A stretch of 64,000 bases of DNA from Eubacteriales bacterium (GTDB lineage Bacteria > Bacillota > Clostridia > Oscillospirales > SIG627): positions 74,796 through 138,795 of the forward strand of contig JAZQMO010000015.1 of assembly GCA_045543495.1 (NCBI GenBank), read 5' to 3'. Made by a program: the position numbers and the translations under genes. The notes below the pieces were generated by a model. The model made no database searches and was not told the origin of the DNA. It worked only from the letters and a program-made list of their open reading frames with translations. Of this stretch, positions 35,671 through 45,252 are shown one piece after another (position 1 is the stretch's first letter; each line of letters opens with the position of its first letter).

Positions 35671-36758
35671 TATTTTTCCTCCTTTTTAATCGCTTTTTTC
35701 TCACAATAAATACAGCGATAAACTTGATTCTTTTCATCTACACATTTTACCTTGTGGGCAAGCTCCTGCTCCACAGAGGTAATACAGCGAGGATTGACAC
35801 AGTGATAAGGCCCAACCACTGCATCTTCCTTTTGATCCTTCGCCTCGCGGTTCATCAACAAAAAGCGGATCAAAGCCATACGAACAAGCTTCCCGTTCAA
35901 AACCTGCTTGAAATAGCAGGCTCTCGGATCAGAATCGATCTGAACGCTGATCTCGTTCACGCGGGGCAAGGGGTGAAGAATACACATATCCTTCTTGGCA
36001 TCCACAAGCTTTTCGGGAGTCAGAATATAACTGTCCTTCAGCTGCTCATAGGTATCCAGATCGTCAAAACGCTCTCTTTGAATACGGGTCATATAGAGAA
36101 TATCAAGCTGGGGAAGTGCCTGTTCAAGAGAAGCAATTTCCACATATTCCATCCCGTTGGCTTCCAAGGCATCCGTTCTGACATAGGCGGGAACCTTCAG
36201 CTCGTCGGGAGAGATCAAAACGATCTTAATATTTTCATACCGTGTCAAAGCAGAAATCAGAGAATGAACGGTTCTGCCGAATTTCAAATCGCCGCAAAAG
36301 CCAATGGTCAAATGATCCAGTCTTCCCTTTTCACGGTAAATGGTCAAAAGATCCGTCAAGGTTTGCGTAGGATGGCAGTGACCGCCGTCACCCGCATTGA
36401 TAACGGGAACACTTGCATTTTGAGATGCAACATAAGGGGCGCCTTCCTTGGGGTGGCGCATCGCGATGATATCGGCATAACAGCTGATCACCTTCGCAGT
36501 ATCGGCAATGCTCTCCCCTTTGGACGCAGAGGAGGACGAAGCCTCAGAAAAACCGATCACACTGCCGCCAAGCTCCAGCATAGCCGCCTCAAAGCTGAGC
36601 CTGGTTCTGGTAGAAGGCTCAAAAAACAGCGTTGCAAGCTTTTTGCCCTTACAGCAATCAGCATATTTTTCGGGATGTTCGCTGATGTCACACGCCGTGT
36701 GAATCAGATCCATCACCTCATCGGGAGTAAAGTCTACAATATCAATAAGACTTCTCAT
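35670..36758 (-). CDS. pyrB: Aspartate carbamoyltransferase catalytic chain fused to a PyrI-type Zn-binding domain
   Basis: 362 aa. The ATCase motifs [17 protein letters not shown] and HPLPR are present. An extra C-terminal stretch of about 50 aa ([36 protein letters not shown]) matches the CxNxxCI[ST]...CxYCEK pattern of the PyrI C-terminal Zn domain. Confidence 0.85.
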   Translation of the reverse strand: MRSLIDIVDFTPDEVMDLIHTACDISEHPEKYADCCKGKKLATLFFEPSTRTRLSFEAAMLELGGSVIGFSEASSSSASKGESIADTAKVISCYADIIAMRHPKEGAPYVASQNASVPVINAGDGGHCHPTQTLTDLLTIYREKGRLDHLTIGFCGDLKFGRTVHSLISALTRYENIKIVLISPDELKVPAYVRTDALEANGMEYVEIASLEQALPQLDILYMTRIQRERFDDLDTYEQLKDSYILTPEKLVDAKKDMCILHPLPRVNEISVQIDSDPRACYFKQVLNGKLVRMALIRFLLMNREAKDQKEDAVVGPYHCVNPRCITSVEQELAHKVKCVDEKNQVYRCIYCEKKAIKKEEK

Positions 36759-37399
36759 TGATTGCTCCCGCCTTTGATCCAGCTCTCATCGGAGGGATTG
36801 TTACGGAATGCGATCAGGCGAGCAACATCCTCTTCCTTGATATATCCTTCCTCCGCTGCAACCTGAGCGATCACATCAAAATTGGTCAGGGAAACATTTT
36901 TTACATTGGCCTCTGCCATACGGTCGATTCCCTTCTTCATACCGTAGGTGAAAATACTGGCTACGCCGAGCACCTCGGCGCCTGCCTCACGAAGAACGTT
37001 GACAACCTCGAGAACACTGCCGCCGGTGGAAATCAGGTCCTCCACCACAACGACCTTCTGTCCCTTCTCAAGCTTTCCTTCGATCTGGTTCTGGCGGCCG
37101 TGATCCTTGGCGCCGGAGCGAACGTAGCCCATAGGAAGACCCATAATATGGCCTACAATGGCAGCGTGAGCAATTCCTGCGGTAGAGGTGCCCATCAGGA
37201 CCTCTGCCTCGGGGTAATGGGTACGAATGATCTCTGCCAATCCGTTTTCCACATCCAAGCGAACCTCGGGTGCAGTCAGGGTCAATCTGTTATCACAATA
37301 GACAGGGCTCTTGATTCCGCTTGCCCAGGTAAAGGGCTCTTCGGGACGGAAGAACACAGCCTTAATTTTCAAAAGATCCTTTGCAATTACTTTTTCCAT
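36755..37399 (-). CDS. pyrE: Orotate phosphoribosyltransferase
   Basis: 214 aa. Contains [16 protein letters not shown] and [13 protein letters not shown]. Confidence 0.9.
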   Translation of the reverse strand: MEKVIAKDLLKIKAVFFRPEEPFTWASGIKSPVYCDNRLTLTAPEVRLDVENGLAEIIRTHYPEAEVLMGTSTAGIAHAAIVGHIMGLPMGYVRSGAKDHGRQNQIEGKLEKGQKVVVVEDLISTGGSVLEVVNVLREAGAEVLGVASIFTYGMKKGIDRMAEANVKNVSLTNFDVIAQVAAEEGYIKEEDVARLIAFRNNPSDESWIKGGSNQ

Positions 37400-37413
37400 C
37401 GTTCTATTTCTCC

Positions 37414-38112
37414 TTAATCAACAAATTCTCTGATACAACGCTCGTAAGCCGCAACGGGATCGGCCGCAGCGGTAATGGGACGACCCACCACAATGTAATC
37501 CGAGCCGATCTTCTTGGCCTCGGCGGGGGTCATAACACGCTTCTGATCGCCGATATCGCCGTCTGCAAAGCGGACACCGGGAGTAACGGTCAAAAAGTCC
37601 TTGCCGCAGGCATCGTGAACCTTACCCGCCTCCAAGGGAGAACAAACCACACCGTCAAGACCTGCGCTTTTGGCATTCTTGGCATAGTGAAGCACAACCT
37701 GATCAATGGGCTCACGGATCAACAGATCGTTCTCCATGCTTTCCTGATCGGTGGAAGTAAGCTGAGTAACGGCAATCAAAAGAGGACGGGTGCCGTCGGG
37801 ACGGGTCAATCCTTCAATGGCCGCCTCCATCATACGAATGGTGCCGCCTGCGTGCAAATTACAAAGATCCACATCCAAACCGGAAAGAACCGCCATGGAT
37901 TTTTTCACGGTGTTGGGAATGTCGTGGGATTTCAGATCCAAAAAGATCTTGTGGCCACGAGCCTTGATCTCACGAACGATTTGAGGGCCTTCAGCGTAAA
38001 AAAGCTCCATACCGATCTTCACAAAAGGCTTCTTGCCGGTAAAACGGTCCAAAAAGCTGAATACTTCCTTTGCACTTGCAAAATCACAAGCAATGATAAC
38101 GTCCTTTCCCAT
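37414..38112 (-). CDS. pyrF: Orotidine 5'-phosphate decarboxylase
   Basis: 232 aa. Contains VKIGMELF, FLDLKSHDIPNT and IVVGRPI. Confidence 0.9.
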   Translation of the reverse strand: MGKDVIIACDFASAKEVFSFLDRFTGKKPFVKIGMELFYAEGPQIVREIKARGHKIFLDLKSHDIPNTVKKSMAVLSGLDVDLCNLHAGGTIRMMEAAIEGLTRPDGTRPLLIAVTQLTSTDQESMENDLLIREPIDQVVLHYAKNAKSAGLDGVVCSPLEAGKVHDACGKDFLTVTPGVRFADGDIGDQKRVMTPAEAKKIGSDYIVVGRPITAAADPVAAYERCIREFVD

Positions 38113-39023
38113 TATCTGACACCTCCGATAATTTCACTTAATTCATTGATTTTATATTCATCCATCGCACGGGGCAAATCCCGAATAATATCACGGCAAG
38201 CATAAGGATTTATAAGATTTTCTGCTCCGACCTGAACTGCGGTAGCACCCGCAAGCATCATTTCGATTACATCCTCTGCCGATTTTACGCCGCCGATTCC
38301 CACAACGGGAATTTTTACATTGGATGCAACCTGATAGACCATACGAACGGCAACAGGAAAAATAGCACTGCCGGAAAAGCCGCCCATGGTATTGGCGATC
38401 ACAGGCCTTCTTCTTCTCAAATCAATTCTCATTCCGAGAAGCGTATTGATCAGGCTGATGCCGTCAGCGCCGGCATCCTCACAAGCCTTCGCAATGGAAA
38501 CAATATCCGTAACATTGGGAGAAAGCTTGATGATCACAGGCTTTGTGGTAACCTTTTTCACTGCTCGGGTCACCTCGGCAGCGGCCGCAGGATCGGTACC
38601 GAAGCTCATTCCGCCTCCGTGAACATTGGGACAGCTGACATTGACCTCAAGCCAGCCAACCTGCTCACAGGCATCAAGTCTTTCACAGGTATAGGCGTAA
38701 TCCTCAACGGAAAATCCACTGACGTTAGCCATCACAGGTTTAGAAAAGCACTTTTTTAATTTCGGAAGTTCTTCGGAAATCACCTTATCAACACCGGGAT
38801 TCTGAAGACCGACGGCATTGATCATACCTGCCGTGCACTCTGCAATTCTGGGGGTAGGATTTCCAAAGCGGGGGTCTTTGGTGGTACCCTTAAAAGAAAA
38901 GGTTCCAAGCTCATTGATATCATAAAGCTCGGCGAATTCGTAGCCGAAGCCAAAGGTACCGCTGGCGGGGATCACGGGATTATCCAGCGTGATTCCGCAA
39001 AGATTCACACTCAGTCTTCCCAT
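38112..39023 (-). CDS. pyrD: Dihydroorotate dehydrogenase 1B, catalytic subunit
   Basis: About 303 aa from ATG 39023 (MGRLSVNLCGITLDNPVIPASGTFG), preceded by the RBS AAGGAGGAG. The longer ORF-track start at 39122 lies within pyrK. Confidence 0.9.
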   Translation of the reverse strand: MGRLSVNLCGITLDNPVIPASGTFGFGYEFAELYDINELGTFSFKGTTKDPRFGNPTPRIAECTAGMINAVGLQNPGVDKVISEELPKLKKCFSKPVMANVSGFSVEDYAYTCERLDACEQVGWLEVNVSCPNVHGGGMSFGTDPAAAAEVTRAVKKVTTKPVIIKLSPNVTDIVSIAKACEDAGADGISLINTLLGMRIDLRRRRPVIANTMGGFSGSAIFPVAVRMVYQVASNVKIPVVGIGGVKSAEDVIEMMLAGATAVQVGAENLINPYACRDIIRDLPRAMDEYKINELSEIIGGVR

Positions 39024-39745
39024 AAGATCTCCTCCTTCTTCATCACAGGGCCTTCCTTGCAAATTCTCTTGTAGCCGGTAATGGTTTTGCAGGAGCATCC
39101 CATACAAGCACCGAAGCCGCACCCCATTCTTTCTTCAAAGCTCATTTGACCCGAGGTAGCGGAGGCTTTATAAACCGCCTTCAGCATAGGCTCGGGGCCG
39201 CAGGTATAAAAATAAGAATAAGTCAAATCCTTCAAGACATCGGTTACAAAGCCCTTTGAACCGCAGGAGCCGTCAACCGTGGTGACGAAAACCTCAGCCC
39301 CCAGGGCTCGAAATTCATTTTCGTAAAAAACTTCATTCTTGGTATTAAAACCAAGGATCACCTGAACTTTTTTACCTTCTGAAATCAGCTTTTTCGCAAG
39401 CAGATACAAGGGAGGAACACCGACTCCGCCGCCGATCAAAACGGGAGCGTCTCCCGACAGGGCGGTGTCATAGCCGTTTCCGAGACCGGTCAAAACATCA
39501 AGCTCCCCTTCCTTCATTTGAGAAAGCTTTGCGGTTCCCTTTCCCACGACCTTATAGAGAATGGTAACGACACCGTCATTCAGATCGCAAACAGAAATGG
39601 GGCGTCTCAAAAACAGCCCGTCCAACTGAATGTTGATAAACTGGCCGGGAGATGTAATGGCGCTCACATCTCCGGCAAGCTTCATTTGATATACAGAATC
39701 CGTCAGCGGAATATTTTCCGTAATCTTCAAAACAACTTGTTTCAT
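39011..39745 (-). CDS. pyrK: Dihydroorotate dehydrogenase 1B, electron-transfer (FAD/[2Fe-2S]) subunit
   Basis: About 244 aa from ATG 39745 (MKQVVLKITENI...), preceded by the RBS AAGAGGA. The C-terminal Cys cluster is CGFGACMGCSC. Confidence 0.85.
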   Translation of the reverse strand: MKQVVLKITENIPLTDSVYQMKLAGDVSAITSPGQFINIQLDGLFLRRPISVCDLNDGVVTILYKVVGKGTAKLSQMKEGELDVLTGLGNGYDTALSGDAPVLIGGGVGVPPLYLLAKKLISEGKKVQVILGFNTKNEVFYENEFRALGAEVFVTTVDGSCGSKGFVTDVLKDLTYSYFYTCGPEPMLKAVYKASATSGQMSFEERMGCGFGACMGCSCKTITGYKRICKEGPVMKKEEILWED

Positions 39746-39755
39746 TCCGTCCTCT

Positions 39756-42700
39756 TTATGCATCAATGGTAGAAATGGTCAGTGTGGTTTCCTCCAGCAC
39801 ATCCAAAAGAACACGAACGGTATCCAAAGCCGTAAAGATCGTAACATTGTTTTCCGTTGCAAAGGCACGGATCTGAGAGCCGTCGTTTAATTGATTGCTG
39901 TCGCCGATGTCACGGGTATTGATTACATACGCCACGTGACCCTGACGAAGAGCATCGGGAATTTCGTTGCTACCGTCGGTAATCTTTTGCAGAACACGGG
40001 TTCTGATTCCGTTTTCCTTCAGGAATTTGGCAGTACCTGCCGTTGCTTCAATGTTAAATCCAAGGTTGTAGAAGCGGCGGATCAGAGGAAGAGCCTCTTC
40101 CTTATCCTTATCGGCAATGGTGGCAAGCACGGTGCCGTAGTTCTGAAGTCTTGTGCCGGAGGCCTGCAGTGCCTTATACAGGGCACGGTTCAGCTTATCG
40201 TCGTAACCGATGGCCTCACCGGTAGATTTCATTTCGGGAGAAAGGTAGGCATCAAGACCACGGATCTTGCTGAAGGAGAACACGGGAACCTTAACATACC
40301 AGCGCTCCTTCTCATCGGGATAAATATCAAAGATCCCCTGCTCCTTCAGACTCTTTCCGAGGATCGCCTCAGTGGCGATGTCAGCAAGGCTATAGCCCGT
40401 TGCTTTGGACAGGAAGGGAACGGTACGGGAGGATCTGGGGTTTACCTCAATGATGTAAACATCTTCCTTTTCATCCACAATAAACTGAATGTTATAAAGA
40501 CCCACAATACCGATTCCAAGGCCAAGCTTCTTTGCATACTGAAGAATGATGCCTTTCACCTTATCGGAAATACTGAAGGTGGGATAAACGCTGATGGAGT
40601 CACCGCTGTGAACGCCGGTGCGCTCAACCAATTCCATAATACCGGGCACAAACACGTTTCTGCCATCGCAAATGGCATCCACCTCAACCTCTTTGCCCTG
40701 AATATATTTGTCAACCAAAACAGGCTTGTCTTCATCAATCTCAACCGCCGTCTTCAAATAGTGACGAAGCTGCTCCTCGTTGGCAACGATCTGCATGGCT
40801 CTGCCACCCAAAACAAAGCTGGGGCGAACCAAAACGGGATAGCCGATCTCTGCGGCCGCGGCAATACCGTCCTCAATCTTGGTAACAGCCTTGCCCTTAG
40901 GCTGGGGAATTCCGAGACTGTGAAGGATCTTCTCAAAGCTGTCACGGTTCTCCGCTCTTTCAATGGCCGCACAGTCCGTGCCGATGATCTTGACACCTCT
41001 CTGCATCAAGGGTTCCGCCAAATTGATGGCGGTCTGTCCTCCGAGTGACGCAATGACTCCCTCGGGCTTTTCAAACTCGATGATGTTCATCACATCCTCT
41101 GCCGTCAAGGGCTCAAAGTAAAGCTTGTCGGCAGTGGTATAGTCGGTAGAAACCGTTTCGGGGTTGTTGTTGATAATAATAGCCTCGTAGCCGCATTTCT
41201 TAATGGTGGTAACGGCGTGAACGGTAGAATAGTCAAATTCAACGCCCTGACCGATACGAATGGGTCCCGCACCAAGTACAACGATCTTCTTACGATCGGT
41301 CAGACGGGAAGCATTCTCTCCACTGTAAGAGGAATAGAAATACGGAATGTACGCACCTGTGTGGCAGGTATCCACCATACGGTACACAGGGAACATATTT
41401 TCTTTTTTGCGAAGTTGATAAATTTCAATCTCCTTCATATTCCAAAGACGGGCAATAAACCAGTCGCCAAAGCCCATCTTCTTAGCCTCAAGAAGAACCT
41501 TGACATCGCCGCAGTTCTCCTTCAGCTTCTTTTCCATATTCACGATATTGACAACCGCATCCAAGAAATAAGGAGTGATCTTGGTTAATTCGTGAATTTC
41601 CTCTACACTGACACCGAGACGAACAAGCTCTGCGATACAGAAGATGGTATCATCCTTAAACTCGGAAAGATAAGCCTTCAAGGTGTCAACATCCTTCCCT
41701 TCAAATTTGGGAAGGGTCAAGTGCTTTGCTCCGGTTTCCAAGGAACGGATGGATTTAAGGAAGCACTCCTCCAAATTGGAGCCAATTCCCATAATCTCAC
41801 CGGTTGCCTTCATCTGGGTACCGAGAGTGTTGGGAGCGGTGGCAAACTTATCGAAGGGGAATCTGGGAAGCTTGGCAATGACATAATCAAGGCTGGGCTC
41901 AAAGGCGGCATTGGTATTGGCAATGGCAATATCCTCAAGAGCCATTCCTACTGCGATCTTTGCCGTTACTCTGGCAATGGGATAACCACTGGCCTTGGAT
42001 GCCAAAGCAGAAGAACGGGATACACGGGGATTGACCTCAATCAGGAAGTACTCGCTGGAATGAGGATTCAGCGCAAACTGAACATTACAGCCACCCTCGA
42101 TCTTCAATTCACGAATAATCTTAATGGCGCTGTCATTGAGCATTTTTTGGTCTTTCTCGCTGAGGGTCATAATAGGTGCCACGACGATGGAGTCACCGGT
42201 ATGAACACCGACGGGGTCAACATTTTCCATACCGCAGATGGTAATGGCGTGGTCATTGGAGTCACGCATTACCTCAAACTCGATTTCCTTGTAACCCTTC
42301 ACACTCTTTTCGATCAAAACCTGAGAAACGGGAGAAAGCTTGAAGGCATTGGTTCCAATCTCGATCAGATCTTCTTCGTTATAAGCAAAGCCGCCACCGG
42401 TACCGCCAAGGGTAAAGGCAGGACGAAGCACAACGGGATAACCGATTCTTTCGGCCGCTTCCTTGGCTTCCTCCAAGGAATAGGTAATCTCAGAAGGAAT
42501 GGTGGGTTCTCCGATAGACTGACAAAGCTCTTTGAAAAGCTCTCTGTCCTCTGCTCTTTCAATGCTCTTGGAGCTGGTGCCCAAAAGCTCCACACCGCAC
42601 TCCTTCAAAATTCCCTTTTTCTCAAGCTGAATAGCAAGATTGAGTCCGGTTTGACCGCCGATACCGGGAACGATGGCATCCGGTCTTTCATAGCGGAGGA

Positions 42701-42929
42701 TTTTGGCAATATATTCCAGTGTCAAAGGCTCCATATAGACCTTGTCTGCAATGGTAGTATCGGTCATAATCGTAGCAGGATTGGAGTTACAAAGTACAAC
42801 CTCATAACCCTCTTCCTTCAATGCAAGACAAGCCTGAGTGCCTGCATAGTCAAATTCAGCGGCCTGACCGATCACGATGGGACCGGAGCCGATGATCAGT
42901 ATTTTTTTCAAATCTGTACGCTTTGCCAT
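39756..42929 (-). CDS. carB: Carbamoyl-phosphate synthase large subunit
   Basis: 1057 aa. It has duplicated ATP-grasp halves ([21 protein letters not shown] and [19 protein letters not shown]) and a C-terminal MGS-like domain. No carA lies upstream, as only 29 nt separate it from pyrC. Confidence 0.95.
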   Translation of the reverse strand: MAKRTDLKKILIIGSGPIVIGQAAEFDYAGTQACLALKEEGYEVVLCNSNPATIMTDTTIADKVYMEPLTLEYIAKILRYERPDAIVPGIGGQTGLNLAIQLEKKGILKECGVELLGTSSKSIERAEDRELFKELCQSIGEPTIPSEITYSLEEAKEAAERIGYPVVLRPAFTLGGTGGGFAYNEEDLIEIGTNAFKLSPVSQVLIEKSVKGYKEIEFEVMRDSNDHAITICGMENVDPVGVHTGDSIVVAPIMTLSEKDQKMLNDSAIKIIRELKIEGGCNVQFALNPHSSEYFLIEVNPRVSRSSALASKASGYPIARVTAKIAVGMALEDIAIANTNAAFEPSLDYVIAKLPRFPFDKFATAPNTLGTQMKATGEIMGIGSNLEECFLKSIRSLETGAKHLTLPKFEGKDVDTLKAYLSEFKDDTIFCIAELVRLGVSVEEIHELTKITPYFLDAVVNIVNMEKKLKENCGDVKVLLEAKKMGFGDWFIARLWNMKEIEIYQLRKKENMFPVYRMVDTCHTGAYIPYFYSSYSGENASRLTDRKKIVVLGAGPIRIGQGVEFDYSTVHAVTTIKKCGYEAIIINNNPETVSTDYTTADKLYFEPLTAEDVMNIIEFEKPEGVIASLGGQTAINLAEPLMQRGVKIIGTDCAAIERAENRDSFEKILHSLGIPQPKGKAVTKIEDGIAAAAEIGYPVLVRPSFVLGGRAMQIVANEEQLRHYLKTAVEIDEDKPVLVDKYIQGKEVEVDAICDGRNVFVPGIMELVERTGVHSGDSISVYPTFSISDKVKGIILQYAKKLGLGIGIVGLYNIQFIVDEKEDVYIIEVNPRSSRTVPFLSKATGYSLADIATEAILGKSLKEQGIFDIYPDEKERWYVKVPVFSFSKIRGLDAYLSPEMKSTGEAIGYDDKLNRALYKALQASGTRLQNYGTVLATIADKDKEEALPLIRRFYNLGFNIEATAGTAKFLKENGIRTRVLQKITDGSNEIPDALRQGHVAYVINTRDIGDSNQLNDGSQIRAFATENNVTIFTALDTVRVLLDVLEETTLTISTIDA

Positions 42930-42958
42930 TTTTTCCTCCTAACGCCGAAGGCGATAAT

Positions 42959-44170
42959 TTACTTATTTCTATATACTTCTTTATTTTGATAAACCGTCAA
43001 GCAGCATTTGCCGAAGAGCTGTTCCCCTTCAAACGGTGTTGCCCTCCCGGCAGATAAAAATTCAGAGGGATCCACAGTCCACTGAGCATCAAGATCCCAA
43101 ACCGTGTAGCCACAATCAGCTTCAAATCCAAACCGTTTTCTTGGATTTATGCTCATCAGCTGAATCAGTTTTTCAAGAGAGAGAATATTTTTCTTTACGA
43201 GTCTTGTATACAAAAGAGAGAATGCAGTTTCAAGGCCAACGATACCAAAAGCACTCCCCTCCAATCCTTTAGCCTTCTCTTCTGCGGAATGGGGAGCATG
43301 ATCCGTAGCGATCATATCAACGGTACCGTCAAAAAGCCCCTCCAAAAGCGCAATCCGATCTGCCTCGGAGCGAATAGGAGGATTCATTTTGAATCTCCCC
43401 TCTTCTTTTAGATCCATATCGTTCAAAACAAGGTAGTGCGGGCCAACCTCGCAGGAAACATCAAGACCTGCTTTTTTGGCTTCCCGTATCAAGGAAACAC
43501 TTTCTTTTGTGGAAATGTGACACACGTGGTACGACACCCCTGTTTTTGCAACAAGCTTCAAGTCACGCTCGATCTGCTGATACTCACTTTCACTGCAGAT
43601 GCCGCGATGCCCATGAAGACGGGCGTATTCTCCGTCATGAATATAACCGCCGTGCAAAAGATCATTGACCTCGCAATGGGCAACGATCTTTTTTCCAAGG
43701 CTTTTGGCTTTCACCATGGCCTTTTCCATCAATTCGTCGCTCTGAACTCCTCTGCCGTCATCGGAGAAGGCGCAGACAAACGGTGCTATGGCATCCATCT
43801 CAGAAAGGGTCTGCCCCATCTGGCCGATTGTAATAGAGCCGTAAGGCACGGTTTGTATGGCAGAATCCCGCTCAATCAGATCCAGCTGCAAACGCAGATT
43901 GGCAAGGGTATCGGGAACGGGCTTCAAATTCGGCATGGTGCAAACCGTGGTATAACCGCCGTGAGATGCCGCCATAGAGCCGGACAAAATGGTCTCTTTA
44001 TAAGAAAAGCCCGGCTCTCGAAAATGCACATGCACATCGCAAAAGCCGGGAAAAGCATACAAATCGTGGTCACAGCAAAGGCTGGTAGCGGTAGGAAGAG
44101 ACAGTGTTCCCACGGTAGAAGGTTCAAAGCCGATGAATTTCATTTTCTGAAGTCCCAGTTGATTCTTCAT
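42959..44170 (-). CDS. pyrC: Dihydroorotase
   Basis: 403 aa. Contains DVHVHFREPG, TVCTMPN and ATDHAPH motifs. RBS gaaaggaga. Confidence 0.9.
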   Translation of the reverse strand: MKNQLGLQKMKFIGFEPSTVGTLSLPTATSLCCDHDLYAFPGFCDVHVHFREPGFSYKETILSGSMAASHGGYTTVCTMPNLKPVPDTLANLRLQLDLIERDSAIQTVPYGSITIGQMGQTLSEMDAIAPFVCAFSDDGRGVQSDELMEKAMVKAKSLGKKIVAHCEVNDLLHGGYIHDGEYARLHGHRGICSESEYQQIERDLKLVAKTGVSYHVCHISTKESVSLIREAKKAGLDVSCEVGPHYLVLNDMDLKEEGRFKMNPPIRSEADRIALLEGLFDGTVDMIATDHAPHSAEEKAKGLEGSAFGIVGLETAFSLLYTRLVKKNILSLEKLIQLMSINPRKRFGFEADCGYTVWDLDAQWTVDPSEFLSAGRATPFEGEQLFGKCCLTVYQNKEVYRNK

Positions 44171-44269
44171 TGCCTTCTCCTTTCAAAAAAACCTGCCCCA
44201 AGGACAAGTTTATCGTGATTAATCTCTTTCTTACCCCAATGTAAGAAACACACATTTATAATTTTATAG

Positions 44270-44298
44270 ATTATACAACTTTCGCTATATTTTGTCAA
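44270..44298 (-). promoter_or_regulatory. Promoter of the pyr operon
   Basis: Minus strand: TTGACA (44293-44298), 17-nt spacer, TATAAT (44270-44275). The roughly 95-nt leader contains two small hairpins, the second followed by U7. Confidence 0.65.
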
Positions 44299-44312
44299 CT
44301 CCCTTTGACATG

Positions 44313-44355
44313 AAAAAAGGGAAATTTCATCCAAAAAATTGAACAAAAATTTCCC
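44313..44355 (-). terminator. Terminator after radC
   Basis: Stem gggaaattt/aaatttccc (44319-44327 / 44347-44355) followed by a U-run on the minus-strand RNA. The loop is large at 19 nt. Confidence 0.5.
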
Positions 44356-44383
44356 TGATTTCAGAGCTGAAATCGTGAAAATA

Positions 44384-45133
44384 TCAAACCTCTTCCACGG
44401 AAGCGATTCTTTGTCTGTCGTTTTCGTGCAGTAGATCGTAAATGTAATCAAAGGATTCTTTTTCGACGCTGGAAAAGTGATTCTCTCCGATGACAAAGTG
44501 ATCGATCAAAACCACATTCATTTGCAAGAGAAAATTTTTCAGCTTATTGGTTGTATTCAAATCCTCGGAGGAGGCAATGGGCAATCCGTGGGGATGATTG
44601 TGAGCAAACACCAAATAAGCAGCCTTATGGTGAACCGCCGCATCGCAAAGCTTACGAAAGGAAAAAGCAACGGAGTTGAGATCCCCTTCGTGAATCACCT
44701 CAGAGCCGCAATAGCTGAGGCTATTATCATAAAACACCGCATAGGCTTGCTCCACATCAAGCCCCGCAAAATGAAGAACAAGATCCTGCCCCATTTGGGT
44801 ATATTCCGGCAATTTCTTCTCGGGACGAAAGCGGTCTTTATAATATCTCTTGGCAACCGCAGGATACGACAGGATCAGACTCGCCGCATTCTCTCCGATA
44901 CCTTCTACCTGACAAAGCTCATCCAAGGTGGCATCAAACACCTTGGATAGAGAACCAAAGCGATCGATGAGAGCGTGAGCAAGCTCATTGGTGTCCTTTC
45001 TCGGAATGGCAAAAAACAGGATCAATTCCAGAATATTGTGATCCTCAAAATGATCCAGACCCTCCCGATGAAAACGCCTTTTTAATTTTAATCGGTGACC
45101 GCTGTGCGGATTTTCCTTCTTTTCTTTTGTCAT
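44384..45133 (-). CDS. radC: RadC-family JAB-domain protein
   Basis: About 249 aa from ATG 45133 (MTKEKKENPHSGHRLKLKRRF...). Contains an HhH region and the JAMM-like motif VFAHNHPHGLPIASSEDL. Confidence 0.85.
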   Translation of the reverse strand: MTKEKKENPHSGHRLKLKRRFHREGLDHFEDHNILELILFFAIPRKDTNELAHALIDRFGSLSKVFDATLDELCQVEGIGENAASLILSYPAVAKRYYKDRFRPEKKLPEYTQMGQDLVLHFAGLDVEQAYAVFYDNSLSYCGSEVIHEGDLNSVAFSFRKLCDAAVHHKAAYLVFAHNHPHGLPIASSEDLNTTNKLKNFLLQMNVVLIDHFVIGENHFSSVEKESFDYIYDLLHENDRQRIASVEEV

Positions 45134-45161
45134 AAACCCCTCATACAAAAACAAAAAACTG

Positions 45162-45190
45162 TTGAAATAGAACAAAACTTGTAGTATAAT
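45162..45190 (+). promoter_or_regulatory. Promoter of the CapA-like gene
   Basis: TTGAAA (45162-45167), 17-nt spacer, TATAAT (45185-45190). Confidence 0.55.
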
Positions 45191-45252
45191 AGGAACCGTA
45201 CTTGATATCATCATCCATTTTACATAAAGAATCAATACTCAAAGGAGAACGT

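Noticed and set aside
34192-35709. Long antisense ORFs opposite guaB. Similar cases lie at 8011-9228, 15396-16469, 19070-20458, 35724-36761, 39891-41048, 41592-42989 and 50250-51467.
   Set aside because: Each overlaps a well-supported conserved gene on the other strand. None shows motifs or a translation-initiation context. They are shadow ORFs.
44171-44269. PyrR-dependent attenuator in the pyr leader
   Set aside because: Hairpins and a U7 tract are present, but I found no PyrR-binding box (ARUCCAGAGAGGYU-like) and no pyrR gene in the window. It is left as an unexplained leader.
44167-44496. A 109-aa minus-strand ORF between pyrC and radC
   Set aside because: It spans the radC terminator, the pyr promoter and the pyr leader, and overlaps the radC 3' end. 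It shows no coding signature.
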